DNA from: Macrostomum hystrix
Taxonomy: Eukaryota > Animalia > Platyhelminthes
Assembly (NCBI GenBank): GCA_950097015.1
Contig: CATNEN010000037.1
Location: forward strand, 1,302,001-1,366,000
Direction of reading: 5' to 3'
Length of the DNA: 64,000 nt
The first letter of the stretch is position 1. Every line of letters starts with the position of its first letter. The translations under genes were made by a program, and so were the position numbers. The notes under the pieces are model-generated. The model did not search any database. It was given only the letters and a program-made list of their open reading frames with translations, and had not been told where the DNA came from. Shown piece by piece: positions 1 to 12,054 of this stretch.

Positions 1-54
1 GAAAATTGCTGGCTTTATGTTTCTGTACTGTGCTAACGTAATTTTGTATTTTAG

Positions 55-3000
55 AAAGCAACTTGCCAGTGCCTTCGTCGTTAGACAATAGTCAAGCTCA
101 GGCATCTAGGCTAACAAAGCAGACATTCATTCCTCTGCCAAAAACAGCAAGGCATCCGCCGGCCTCCGCTAATTTAGAAGGTTGCAGCACTGAATATTCA
201 GTAAACCAAACAGGCATAGTCTCTGAGCACGATGAAGAAAATATCTGCAGCACTCCCTCTGTAAAGGCTTTCCCAAGTGCGCCAGGCTCCAGAGCTCAAG
301 ATGAACCACCAATGCTTAATGAAGTTCTAGCCGAAAATGATCGGTTCAATAATGATATTGCTAACCACGAAGAGCAGCTAATTATAAAGGATAGAATTAT
401 TGCAGAGCTGCGCGAGAAACTCCAGCAGTTGACAGGTACTGATCATTCCACTTATGCTAGGACTGAAACAGAATCGCTGTTACCAGCTGGCCTTAACCCA
501 AAGCTAGTCGCTAGCATCGCGACTAATACTGAGAGGGATGCTGAACACAACGAAATCGTTGAAAGCACTGTCGAGAAGGTTTCATCTCTAACTGTTTTAA
601 ATCTTCAACAACAGGTGGCTGAACTAGAAGCGCGAATCAATCTCCTACAAGACCGTAATAACGCACTGTCGTCTCAGCTGAATGAACTGGAAGTTGCAAA
701 GCTGCATAATTATATTTTTCGTTTGCAAGACATCAATTCAAAATTTGCTACAGGAATCGCCGCCTTAGAAGCAACACTTGCAGACCAAAGCAGCAAAGTA
801 AATCAGGAACCACAGAATTTAAAATCTATAGAAACTGTTCAGCTTCAAGTCAATAGTAATGACTGCCTAAAGTCAGGTGAGATACACGCAACATTTTCTG
901 AACTAGAAACTGGGATAATAAAACTAGGCGAACAACTGCAGCTTTTTAACGTCTGTCTATTCCATGTACAAACTTGCACAAAACAAAAAGCAAAAACTTC
1001 CGAAGAGTCACAAAGTGCTTGGACAGCAGAGTCGATCGAACTGAATGGGCGTATCGCTGAGCTAGTAGCTCGAATCAGCGCAAACGACTTAGAAAGGGCT
1101 GAAAGTGCCGAACGCGTTTCCGAGTTGGAGAGTGCGAAGCGACAGCTGGAAGAGCGACTCCAGACAATGCAAGACGAGCACGCAAGCTTGTTTGACGAGA
1201 AGTCGGCAAAGGAGAAGGAAGTAGATGAGCTTCGCTCAAGCTTGACGCAGACTGATGAGCGAGTTCGTGAGTTGGAGAGTGATCGACAACTAGTTATCGA
1301 AAATTTTCTGTCGGTTCAATGTGAGCAAAGCCGTTTAATTGCTGAGAAATCTTCATGCGAGCAACTAGTGGAAGAAATGCGAGCATCTAATTATGTTTTA
1401 GAAAACAAGTTTCAGGAAGCGGAGAATAGTTTCAAGAATATTTGCCAAGAGTATGATCAGATGATTAAAAATCTTGAGAAGCAGTTAAATTTTGCGGAAG
1501 GCGTTTCATCATCGCTTAGTGCAGATGTTGCTGATAAATCGACTCAAATTAATGCGTTGCAGGAAACTCTATCGTCCTTAGAATCGAAATGCTCACTTTT
1601 GGAACTTTCTGCTAAAACAGTTCAAAGTGAAAAGGCAGAATTGGAAGATTTACATCAGCTAAAGGTATCTCGGATTGAAAGGTTAGAGACAGAGCTGAGT
1701 GAAGTGACCTCTCATGCCAGGTCATTGCAAATTTCCTTGGATTCTAAGTTAGCGGAGCTGGCTGCCACTGAGGAAATGCTTCGCGAAGCAAACGTCAAGC
1801 TTGATCGTGCCTGTGCCAGTGCGTCTGCACTTGAAACGGAACACTCAGATATGCAGCGTCGAAATTCTGTGCTTGCCGATGCTCTATCAATTAAGGTAGT
1901 TGAACTGAAGCAGGCCGACGAGCACAGGGACGCGATTAGTTCGGATTTGGAAGTTGTCCGAAATCAGCTCACTGCCTGCAGGCTGGATTGCGAGCGACGT
2001 TGCGATGAAATTGAAAAGCTAACTGACGAAATTAAACTAAAGGAGGAAGCAGTAATCGAAGCAAGTAAAAGACATGCTGAGGCTAAGAAAGAGATTGAAA
2101 GGTTGGTCAGCGAGTCAGCCGCACTGCAGTCCCGCCTTGACAAAACTAAACTCAAGGTTGGATTTTTGGAATCTGAGTTGGCTTCGTTTAGATCGTTCAA
2201 CCCGGCGTCCGAGTGCGCCCAATCTGACTGTCCGAATGTGGCTAAACTGCGCGACGCCAGAGCGACCACAGCCGGCTATGAGGTCAGGCTTTGCGAATTT
2301 CGTGTACTTTGCCTACAAAAGGCGTTAGAGTGCGAGTATCATTGATTCTGTGTGACCTCTCCCGCTCTGTGTCGGTGTTGTTCTTCTGTCTAGGACAGTG
2401 TTTCAGGGTATCTAGATTAAGCCTCGGAGGAGTGTTTCAGGGTATTATGAATAGGCCCTGAGGAACGATTGTTTCAGGGTAGGGAGATTAGGCCCTGAGG
2501 AACAAGTGTTTCAGGGTAGGGAGATGATTAGACCCTGAGGAACAAGTGTTTCAGGGTAGGGAGATGATTAGACCCTGAGGAACAAGTGTTTCAGGGTAGG
2601 GAGATGATTAGACCCTGAGGAACAAGTGTTTCAGGGTAGGGAGATTATTAGACCCTGAGGAACAAGTGTTTCAGGGTAGGGAGATGATTAGACCCTGAGG
2701 AACAAGTGTTTCAGGGTAGGGAGATTATTAGAGACTGAGGAACAAGTGTTTCAGGGTAGGGAGATTATTAGACCCTGAGGAACAAGTGTTTCAGGATATG
2801 AAGATTAAGCCCTGAGGGAGAGTGTTTCATGTAGTTCTTAAGCTCTGAATTATTTTGAAGGCATTAAAATCGCAGGTACTTTAAATTCGCAGGTAAAGCT
2901 GCGTCAGCTCAGCAAGATGTACCGCAGCCTCCGACCTGCCAACGCTCCGCCAGCCGCCGCTGAGGTGGCCGCCACCGCCGTGACCGCCGCCACTCTTCGC

Positions 3001-3141
3001 TCCCGTAACGGTCCGCCGCCTCAGGCTGCCGCTGGGGCCGCCGCCTCCGCCGCTGGTTCAGCCAGCTCGCCGCGCACTTCTCAGCGCCGCACGTCGGCCA
3101 CTTCGGATGAAGATCGGCCGCCAACCTGCAAGACTTCTTAG
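55..3141 (+). CDS. Long coiled-coil protein, 5' partial; exons 55-2282 and 2893-3141
   Basis: Acceptor ttttag at 53-54; 760-aa ORF of E/L/K/Q/S-rich heptads; donor GAG|gtcagg at 2283 and acceptor cgcag| at 2892 join in phase 0 (...TTAGYE|VKLRQLSKMYRSLRP...), ending in an Ala/Pro/Ser-rich tail; AATAAA near 3309. Family not recognised. Confidence 0.8.
2395..2830. repeat. 40-bp intronic minisatellite (CCTGAGGAACAAGTGTTTCAGGGTAGGGAGATGATTAGAC), degenerate at the edges
   Basis: 40-bp period visible at 2521-2790; inside intron 2283-2892. Confidence 0.95.
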
Positions 3142-4009
3142 AATACAATAGCGCTGTTGCCGAGTGTGACAAAGGCGTATTGAATGCGCCTTATTAATTA
3201 ACTAATGATAAAGCCAGTTTTTCACATAGTCATTTTTTGGACTCTGCGATTTAGTTTGAACTGCGCTATAGACCCGATATTTATTCGATAATAATTTACC
3301 GATTACCAAATAAAGAAATCAACAATTCGATGGTTCCATTGTTGTTTTCAGTGTTAATATTTTCATATTATTTTAGTTCCTTTCTATTAGGAATCCAGTT
3401 TTTTGTTCGCATCGGTTATTCTGCTTCATCGGTTCTGCTTTAGGTTCCGTTATTGTTTGACGTCTTTACTTGCTTTGATAGGAGTCAATTCAATTTTTTT
3501 ACTTTTTCTTTTATATCAATTTGTCATTGTCCAGTGGCGCATTTTAAATGCACATCATTTATTAAAGTATTTACTATTATAATAAAATATTCCGAATACA
3601 GGAATAGGTGCTAAAGTGCCTAGCGATTAACTCGATTGGATGGAAAACGGATTTGTTTAAGTCAGCTGCAAATATTGATTTCGCGATGCAATGAATACTC
3701 CTTATGGGCTAACAACTGTTCGATTATTTGCATTTCATACTAGCCTATAGTCAAATTTCTATTATTTTTACTTTTATTGGTTTATTTCCGCTTGTAGCCA
3801 TTTATTGAAGCAGCCAAAAATACATTCTAATAATTGCTCGGTCTTAATGCACTAATCAACTGCAGCTCCTATTTTTATGTTCTTATAAAAAAGAAGAGTG
3901 TCAAGTTTTTTAATTACATTATTTAATTGCTTACTTTCAGTACTTTTAGTCGGTACTAAAATCTGCCAAAATCATCTATTATAGAACTTGGCCAAGTGGT
4001 GTTAGCTTA

Positions 4010-4975
4010 CGCTCTGAGCACATTGTGTCAGGGTAGAGCTTAGGCTCTCAAAGACATTGGGTCAGGGTAGATCTTAGGCTCTGAGAGACATTGTGTGATA
4101 GTAGAGCTTAAGCTCTTAGAGACATTGTGTGATAGTAGAGCTTAGGCTCTTAGAGACTTTGTGTGATAGTAGAGCTTAGGCTCTGAGAGACATTGTGTGA
4201 TAGTAGAGCTTAGGCTCTTAGAGACTTTGTGTGATAGTAGAGCTTAGGCTCTGAGAGACATTGTGTGATAGTAGAGCTTAGGCTCTGAGAGACATTGTGT
4301 GATAGTAGAGCTTAGGCTCTGAGAGACTTTGTGTGATAGTAGAGCTTAGGCTCTGAGAGACATTGTGTGATAGTAGAGCTTAGGCTCTTAGAGACTTTGT
4401 GTGATAGTAGAGCTTAGGCTCTGAGAGACATTGTGTGATAGTAGAGCTTAGGCTCTGAGAGACATTGTGTGATAGTAGAGCTTAGGCTCTGAGAGACATT
4501 GTGTGATAGTAGAGCTTAGGCTCTGAGAGACATTGTGTGATAGTAGAGCTTAGGCTCTTAGAGACTTTGTGTGATAGTAGAGCTTAGGCTCTGAGAGACT
4601 TTGTGTGATAGTAGAGCTTAGGCTCTGAGAGACATTGTGTGGTAGTAGAGCTTAGGCTCTCAGAGACATTGGGTCAGAGTAGAGCTTAGGCTCTCAGAGA
4701 CATTGGGTCAGAGTAGAGCTTAGGCTCTCAGAGACATTGGGTCAGAGTAGAGCTTAGGCTCTCAGAGACATTGGGTCAGAGTAGAGCTTAGGCTCTCAGA
4801 GACATTGGGTCAGAGTAGAGCTTAGGCTCTCAGATACATTGGGTCAGGGTTGAGCTTAGGCTCTCAGAGACATTGGGTCAGGGTTGAGCTTAGGCTCTCA
4901 GAGACATTGGGTCAGGGTTGAGCTTAGGCTCTCAGAGACATTGGGTCAGGGTTGAGCTTAGGCTCTGACAGACAT
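4010..4975. repeat. 32-bp minisatellite (GAGACATTGTGTGATAGTAGAGCTTAGGCTCT), about 30 copies
   Basis: Direct tandem repeat with three spatially segregated variants. Confidence 0.95.
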
Positions 4976-5231
4976 TGTTTGAGGAATAAAGCTTACGCCT
5001 GAAGGAGGTGTCAGGAGATAAAGATGATACCTAATGCTACCTATCACCTATCTGTAGGTTCTCAAATATACAAGTAATTAAACATAAGTCAAGATTTAAA
5101 ATGAAACCAGAAGTCAATTGACTTCGCTTTGACAGAACTGCAGTTCTGTCAACTGAAATAATTTATTTTTTTCGTTCGAATCAATGAATGCTAGTTTCAC
5201 ATACGCTCGTAGTGACCCACACAGCGACTTT

Positions 5232-5519
5232 TCAATACTTCAACTTTCCTAGGTAGTACTTTCTCAGTACGGCCTTGAAGTTCACGTACCCGTGAATCAA
5301 GCGAAACTCGTTGGTTGCATCTCGGCCGGCTACTTCAAGAAGCTTATCCTTGCCGCCAGGATGAAATTTCAAATAGTCGGTGACGTCGAAAACCAAGCCT
5401 TCCAATGCTATCCAGCAGCTTCTTTCATCGGTGTGAAGCCTGAGCTCATCAAACGATATCGACTCTTGACTAGGCGGCGATTTTTTAGACTCCTGGAAAT
5501 TCTTCCACTGCTTGTCCAT
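5232..5519 (-). CDS. Cytochrome b5-like heme-binding domain protein (CYB5R4/NCB5OR-type b5 domain, no membrane anchor)
   Basis: CWIALEGLVFDVTDYLKFHPGG...AGRDATNEFRLIHGYVN with both heme-ligand His; frame stays open about 20 codons upstream, so the start is uncertain; minus-strand AATAAA near 5162. Confidence 0.85.
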   Translation of the reverse strand: MDKQWKNFQESKKSPPSQESISFDELRLHTDERSCWIALEGLVFDVTDYLKFHPGGKDKLLEVAGRDATNEFRLIHGYVNFKAVLRKYYLGKLKY

Positions 5520-8020
5520 CTTATGCTGACGCCCGTACCGTATGTCACTTAAAGATGCACCCTTGTCATAATTAAGATATACTCGTGTCAGTCACACTAG
5601 TGTCAAGTGAGCGTTATCTAATTACTGTGAAATCATTTAGACAACTTACAATTGTTATCTTATAAATTTATAGCAGCGCTAAAATATTTATGAAACACTA
5701 TATTTTGTATGCATATCTATGGCGAAATGTCAACATTGGAATGTAAACGATCGAAATGACGGCAAGAAAATCAAGTAATAAGTATGAAGAAGATAATGCA
5801 TGGCTTTTAGGGTTGTATTTGTATAAATCCCGAGAGCCGAAGGCTTATAAAGAAAAATAATTTATATAAAATACGATTGCTTATTTAATCGTTAAAAAAT
5901 TGTACTATTCTGAGCCGGGAATGTGTTGTCTATGGTAAATTTTGGTGAGATTAAGATATAAGTTTACTCTTATAAGATATAATTTGACAAAAACTAGGAT
6001 ATTATATCATATAATCTCCTCGAAATAAGGAGCATTTTATGAAACATTGAAGTGAACTTTGAATTCGGCTTTTACGTTTTGCCACCACTGACTGACTGGC
6101 TGCTTCGTGACTGTATATCTTCGTGAGAAATTTATTTTTTGTCTATGGTCGGAATCAAATGGTCCAAACCTATATGTCTATCAATCAGATGGGATGCCCC
6201 CGAAAAATAAGCAATCGAATTTCATATTCGCTACGCTCGCCTCGAGACCATTAAACGCAGCCTCGGACATTCTAACCACAGAATGTGAATTAAACGGCGT
6301 TTATTATTTACTTAACCCACGGTCTGCAAGCCTCGAGGCAACCTATATTTAGCAGGATTGCATCTCCGGTGGAGAATTAAATCTCCGTGTACATATTGTA
6401 CACGTGCACTATCAACTTGAATTTTGTCTATGGTAGCAGAGATAAAGCAACTGTTAATCTCCGCTAGCTTATTACTTGGAACATAAACAAGGCGATCAGC
6501 AGGCAAATTGGATTAAATTTGCGCTATTTCTTTATCTACTGCTTCTGGGGACTTCAGCATCAACATAAACCCTCTTCCTATTTTTAACACTCGGATAACT
6601 TTAGGAGAGGCCATTTCAAATTTCGCATTTATGCTTAGAAAAAATTAAGTATCCCTTTCTTCAAAATTTACATAGATTAATTTACGCAAAAAATTCTGTG
6701 CCGATGCAAAGCAAAGTTACATTTAAGTACACAGTAGCAAAAACGAATGAGCAGATCGTAGTCTATGGTCAAAACATCAATGTCTGCGTGTGAAAATAAG
6801 AAGCGTTTCTAGTAGGCTTGATCTATGTGACAATAGTGAATGTGATGCATTATGTTGTTCTAAATGAATATTACGAATAACTTAAAAAAATACTTATTTA
6901 TTCATAAAAGTAATCTGACAAATTTCTTGCTTGTAAACATGCATGTTAGTTTAATTTCAATAATGCGCGGTAATGATGAACAATTTAGTGAGCTATAAAA
7001 CTGATTTTTGTTTTAACTCTTTCTCGCTATAGAAATTGACACGATGAGTCTAATCAAAATTCAGTTTCTAGTGAATGGACCCAATTAAAAATTCAGTCAA
7101 TGAAAATCACGGAAAAGTTAATTTACACTTATTTTGATAAAGACATATAAATATTATTGAAACTATCAAAAATCTATACAGTTAATGAGTATACAATATT
7201 TTTTTCTTTCTAAGCTATTTCCCTATTTGTAACGTAGCTAGTACTAGTTGCCTTGAATTTTGTTAGTAGAGATAAAGTTAACTCTTTAGTCTACATGTTA
7301 TCTTAAAGTCAAAAGTGGGCATGTTATCCACACTGTTCTTTTTACTGTTTATATCTAAAATTTATTACAATGATAAATATTTTATCTTTTTATAGCTAAT
7401 AATGCATATCAAAGTGCATTAATAGAGTTTCTCTCTATTCTTTTGAATAGTTATGGCGAAACTAAAAGTATCTCCATAGTAAAAATTAAGGAGATAACTT
7501 AAAATTTTGATAATTAATTAGACTTTTTTCTTCTCATTATGTAGCTCATACTAAAAGACATGTTAAAATTGCCATGTAAGTGTTAGTGTATATATGATAT
7601 TCTAATAAGGTATTGTTTGAACCACAGTTCATTAAAATTTATACATTTGTATACATTGTAAAATTATACAATTTAACAATGTATACAAATATAATCTCTA
7701 GCATCTGTTGAAAATTATTAATATTTCTATTGCTCGCATAAATACAGTTAAAATTAAAAATAGGGCCTAGTGATTTTCTGTTGGCGAGGAATTGACAAGA
7801 AGTGATATTCACGAGTACTAAACAAACAAACAATAAGTTTTAAATCTTATCGTCAAGATAGTCAGGCAATTTTGAGCTAGAAATTATTAAGAAGCTCCAT
7901 AAACTTTCCATAGACTGTGCATCTGTACACTGTACCCATAATAAGCTGTACAAAAGCGGCTGTGCCACTGGCTGTACATCTGTTATCCTTTAAACCTAAA
8001 CACTTCAGCTGCCCGGTCGA

Positions 8021-11000
8021 ATGCTGAGCCGTGAGCAGACCACCCTACCTGGGCCGGTGTTGAAGCCGAGCAGCATGCTAGTCAACGGTGTCCTGCAGCG
8101 GCCGGCCACCGCCTCTGGCTATCTGGAGACGCACCCGAAGCACTATGTGACTGGCCTGCTTGACGAGCGCCAGTCTGTACAACAGAAGCTCCTGGACAGG
8201 CCGATGACGGCCGGCGGCGCTCTGTCGCTAGCCGACGCTGCAGGTGTCTCCGCCAGCGCCAGCTCAGCCGACGTGCGTCGCGCCGGTCATCGTCCGCGAT
8301 CTCCACGCGCCGAAGCGAAAAACTTCCTGCAGCAGCGCCGGCCAACTATCGATCGCACCGACAACCTGCAGGCTATAGACAGGTACTTCCTCACCAGAGT
8401 TGAGCACGACAAGATTGGCTCAATATTAAAGGGCAAAGTTGAGGAGCACATTGACCTGGCCAAGCTGAAGAAGGTCAAGAAGATATTCGCGCAGTACACC
8501 AACGAGTCAATCGACCTGGCGATGTTTAAAGAGGAGATGCGCCGCCTGCTGAACCTGCCTACCTCTAAGCTCAACCAGCTTGACGCGCTCTTTCAAAAGA
8601 TCGACTGGAGCAGCAATGGCTACATCAGCTGGGACGAGTTCTGCACCTACATGCAGCTCGAGTTCCAAGAGAAGGAGAGTCAGTACTTCAAGGACAAGGA
8701 GATCCAGTTCAACCTGCCAGCCAGAGTGAAGACCACCATCCATCGAGACTCCATCGTGCGCATCCTGGGCCTCAGCGATGGCAGCTTCGCCTGCGCCAGC
8801 TCCGACGGCCTAGTGTCATTCTGGAACTCGCAGCTGGAGCTGAAGCGCAAGAGGTCAATCATCACACTGGAGCAGACTCAACGAACCAAACAGAAATGGA
8901 TAACCTATTTCATGATCGTCAACGAGTTCACTAAGATTGTCGTATCAACTGGCGACAGAGAGTTGGAGTTTTTCGAGCTGTCAAACTTTGAGCCGTACTG
9001 CAAGGTGACTGGCCTGTACTCTGTTCCTCTGAATTTGGACTACACTTGCCACAAGACTGACCCCAATGAGTCCATGCTGTTCTGGGGCGATGAGAACGGC
9101 TGTGTGAACATTCTGGTGCTGCACAAGACCGGCGAGAGCCTGCGTACCTGGAAGAAAAAGCCAAAGAGTGAGGGCATCGCTGCCGTGACACTGGAACGGG
9201 CACTGGAGAGCGGCGGCTTGGTTGAGTACATCCGCTGGAAGGTGCACAACGACTGGGTGGCGCAGATACGCTTCGACGAGTTCCTGCGCCAGGTCGTGAG
9301 CTGCTCAAACGACGAGCCGACTGCGCTAGTGATTGGCTGCAGCATCGGGTCAACCTTGGTGGATCATCATCACGAGGCCAAGGAGGGCTCAGGTGCCGCT
9401 GCCAGAGACAGCGACGTCGCCGCGGCTGGGACGGCGACCACAGCCGGTGTTGTCCAGGCGCCGAAGGCCCAGGCAGGCAGCTTCATCTCGCCGATCATGC
9501 AGCCCCGTCTGCGCAAAGCCACGGACCAGACCGTGTTCTGCGTGCACAAGGGCGTCCGCACATTCGACATCTCCAAGCAGAAGAATATCCTGGTCACTGG
9601 CGGCATGGACCGCATGATCCGCATCTGGAATCCATACGTCAATGCTAAACCAATCGGCACCCTGCAGGGTCACAATGCTCCAATTGTGTACTTGACCATA
9701 GCTGCTGAGGAGAACCGATTATTTAGCGTCTACCAAGACAAGTGCATTGAGGTGTGGGACATCCTGGACCAGAACCGTCTGATCACCATCCGGCCCAAGG
9801 GTCACAAGGTGCGCGGCGATCTGCAAGGCTTTCACTACTCGCCGCAGAGCAAATCGCTAATGCTGGCCACCACGGATTTCGTGTCCATACTCAGCATCAA
9901 GGTGAAGCAGAATGTTCAGGCAGAGATTCCCTTGACGCACAAGGAGGCTGTCACCTGCGCCATTTACAACCCGACCTTCAAGCACTTGATCAGCGCCTCT
10001 GAGACCTCCGTAGTTAAAGTCTGGGACGTGGAAAATGGCAAAAAAGTGTTCGAATTCGAAAGCCACGAGGGCTCAGCAACCACCTGTCTCTGCCTGGACT
10101 TCACCGGCCGTCGCCTCGTCACAGGCTCCCGCGCCGGCAGTATCCGGGTGTGGAACTACAACAATGGCCACTGCCTGCGCGAGCTGCGCCTTCGCTCGGG
10201 CGATCGGCCCGGCCGAGCCGAGGTCACCGCGGTTTTGTACATGGAGGTCAGCAAAAACCGGTTCATTGTGGCTGTTGGCTGGGACCGCCGCATCAGCCTT
10301 TTCATGGACGACTCCGGCGAGGCTGTGCAGTCCGTACAGCTGCCGGAGAACTATTGGAAGGACGACAAGCTGCGCGGCCACACCGAAGATATCCTGAGCG
10401 TGGCCTCCAGCCCGCCCAACCACCTGGCCACCAGCTCCTACGATGGCAGCATAATCGTGTGGAACACTGTCAGCGGTCACGTCTACTGCAAAATCGCGCC
10501 GCCGCCGCCGCCTTCGGACTATCAGGACGAGTGCCTGGACGGCGACCTGTCGGTCACGCGGGTGCTGTTCCTGCGCACCAGGGCTGGCAACCGCGAGGCG
10601 GCCACCCTTCTGGCCTCGGGTCCACGAGGCCGCATCCACCTGTGGAACATCTACCAGGGCGGGAAGCTCTACTCACAATTCCAGAATCACCCGGGCCACG
10701 GCCACATGGTGTCAGCCATGAGCGTGGATGTCAACGACACCATCTTGGTGACTGGCGACAGATTCGGTCACGTGTCAATCTGGAACATCTTCGAGTACGC
10801 GCTGCGCGGCCCCGAGACCGTCTGCCCGGAGCTGCTGTTCCGCTGGCGCGCCCACACGGAAACAGTCAGTCAGGTGGACGTTGTGACGCTGATGCAGAAG
10901 CGCGTGTTTGTGGTCACCGCGTCTGAGGACTTCACTGTGCGCATTTGGACTCGTCGTGGCGAGTACGTTGGCACTTTTGGCCAGTCAGCAGAGTGGAGCC

Positions 11001-12054
11001 TCTACGAGGAGGACTCGTTCGGGCCGTTGAAGGTGCCCATCGATGTGCTGGTTGATCCCAAGTCAATGCCGGAGCCCCTGGCAATAAGAGACCTGGACAG
11101 AGAGAAGTCAGGCCTTGAAAATGAGGGCGCCAGGGGCGGCAGCGTTGCTGCTTCAAAGCCGCAGCATCAGCAACAGCAGCAGCAGCAACAACAACAGCAG
11201 CAGCAGCAACAGCAGCAGCAAGTAACTTTCGCACAAAAGCAACAGAAACTGCTCGATGACACGGAGATCAGCACAATGGTGCGAGAAAAGTCTTACGTTG
11301 ACGGCAAAGGGAAACGGTAAGCAGTTGTATAAATTACATGATTATAATATATTAAGTATTTTCGTATACTTTTGAGTGCCATTTTGTAAAATCAATAACC
11401 GGATCTCAACTTTTATTGGGGCATTCTTAATGTAACTCCATCTAGTTTATTTTGATAACTTATGATGTAAATTTTTAAGATTATAGATTCAGATTGATTC
11501 TGCCCGCGAGTGTCACCCCCTCTCGATGCTCATGGGATTTCTGGGAATGTACACTGTAAGCCGAGAGTCACCCCCTCTCAATGCTCATTGGATGTCTGTG
11601 AATGTACACTGTAAGCCGAGAGTCACCCCCTCTCGATGCTCATTGGATGTCTGGGAATGTACACTGTCGGCCGAGTGTAAACCTCCACTCGATGCTGATT
11701 GGATGTGTGAGAATGAACACTGCTTATACATTTTTCACCACTTCTCGACGCTTATTGGATGTCTCGGAATGTAACCACTGTCGGCCGAGTGTCAACCCCC
11801 TCTCGATGCTCATTGGATGCATTCTGCGCACATCTTCTTGCTAGCAAAGTTAAACAGTGTGCACGGTTCCTCCAACCAATTACAGGCTTCGCAACGAGCG
11901 CCTGACACCGAAGCTGGTGGATCGCGGCGGCCCTAGCGACTTCCAGACCCTGCGCCTATTCACGCTAACCGAGGTGCCGAAAGGGCCGACAGACGACGGT
12001 CGGAAATCGTTGAAGAAAGACAATCCGTTCTCTATGTTCGAGGCGGATGGCTGA
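8021..12054 (+). CDS. WDR49: EF-hand + WD40-repeat protein, WDR49/CFAP337-like; exons 8021-11316 and 11886-12054 (1154 aa)
   Basis: EF-hand-like FQKIDWSSNGYISWDEFCTYM; many WD repeats (NILVTGGMDRMIRIWNPY, LATSSYDGSIIVWN); donor CG|gtaag at 11317 and acceptor tacag| at 11885 join in phase 2 (GKGKR|LRNERL); polyQ near the C-terminus; AATAAA near 12071. Symbol from recalled similarity only. Confidence 0.85.
11508..11815. repeat. Imperfect ~55-bp minisatellite in the WDR49-like intron
   Basis: CCGAGAGTCACCCCCTCTC...GAATGTACACTGTAAG recurs at 11561 and 11616, with further degenerate copies. Confidence 0.85.

Noticed and set aside
6107-6506. Short ORFs possibly from a transposase remnant (also 31717-32367)
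   Set aside because: No diagnostic motif I can support.
8082-11234. Overlapping or antisense ORFs within the WDR49-like exon (and similarly in ClC and the GPCR)
   Set aside because: Expected shadows of GC-rich coding sequence; no recognisable motifs.
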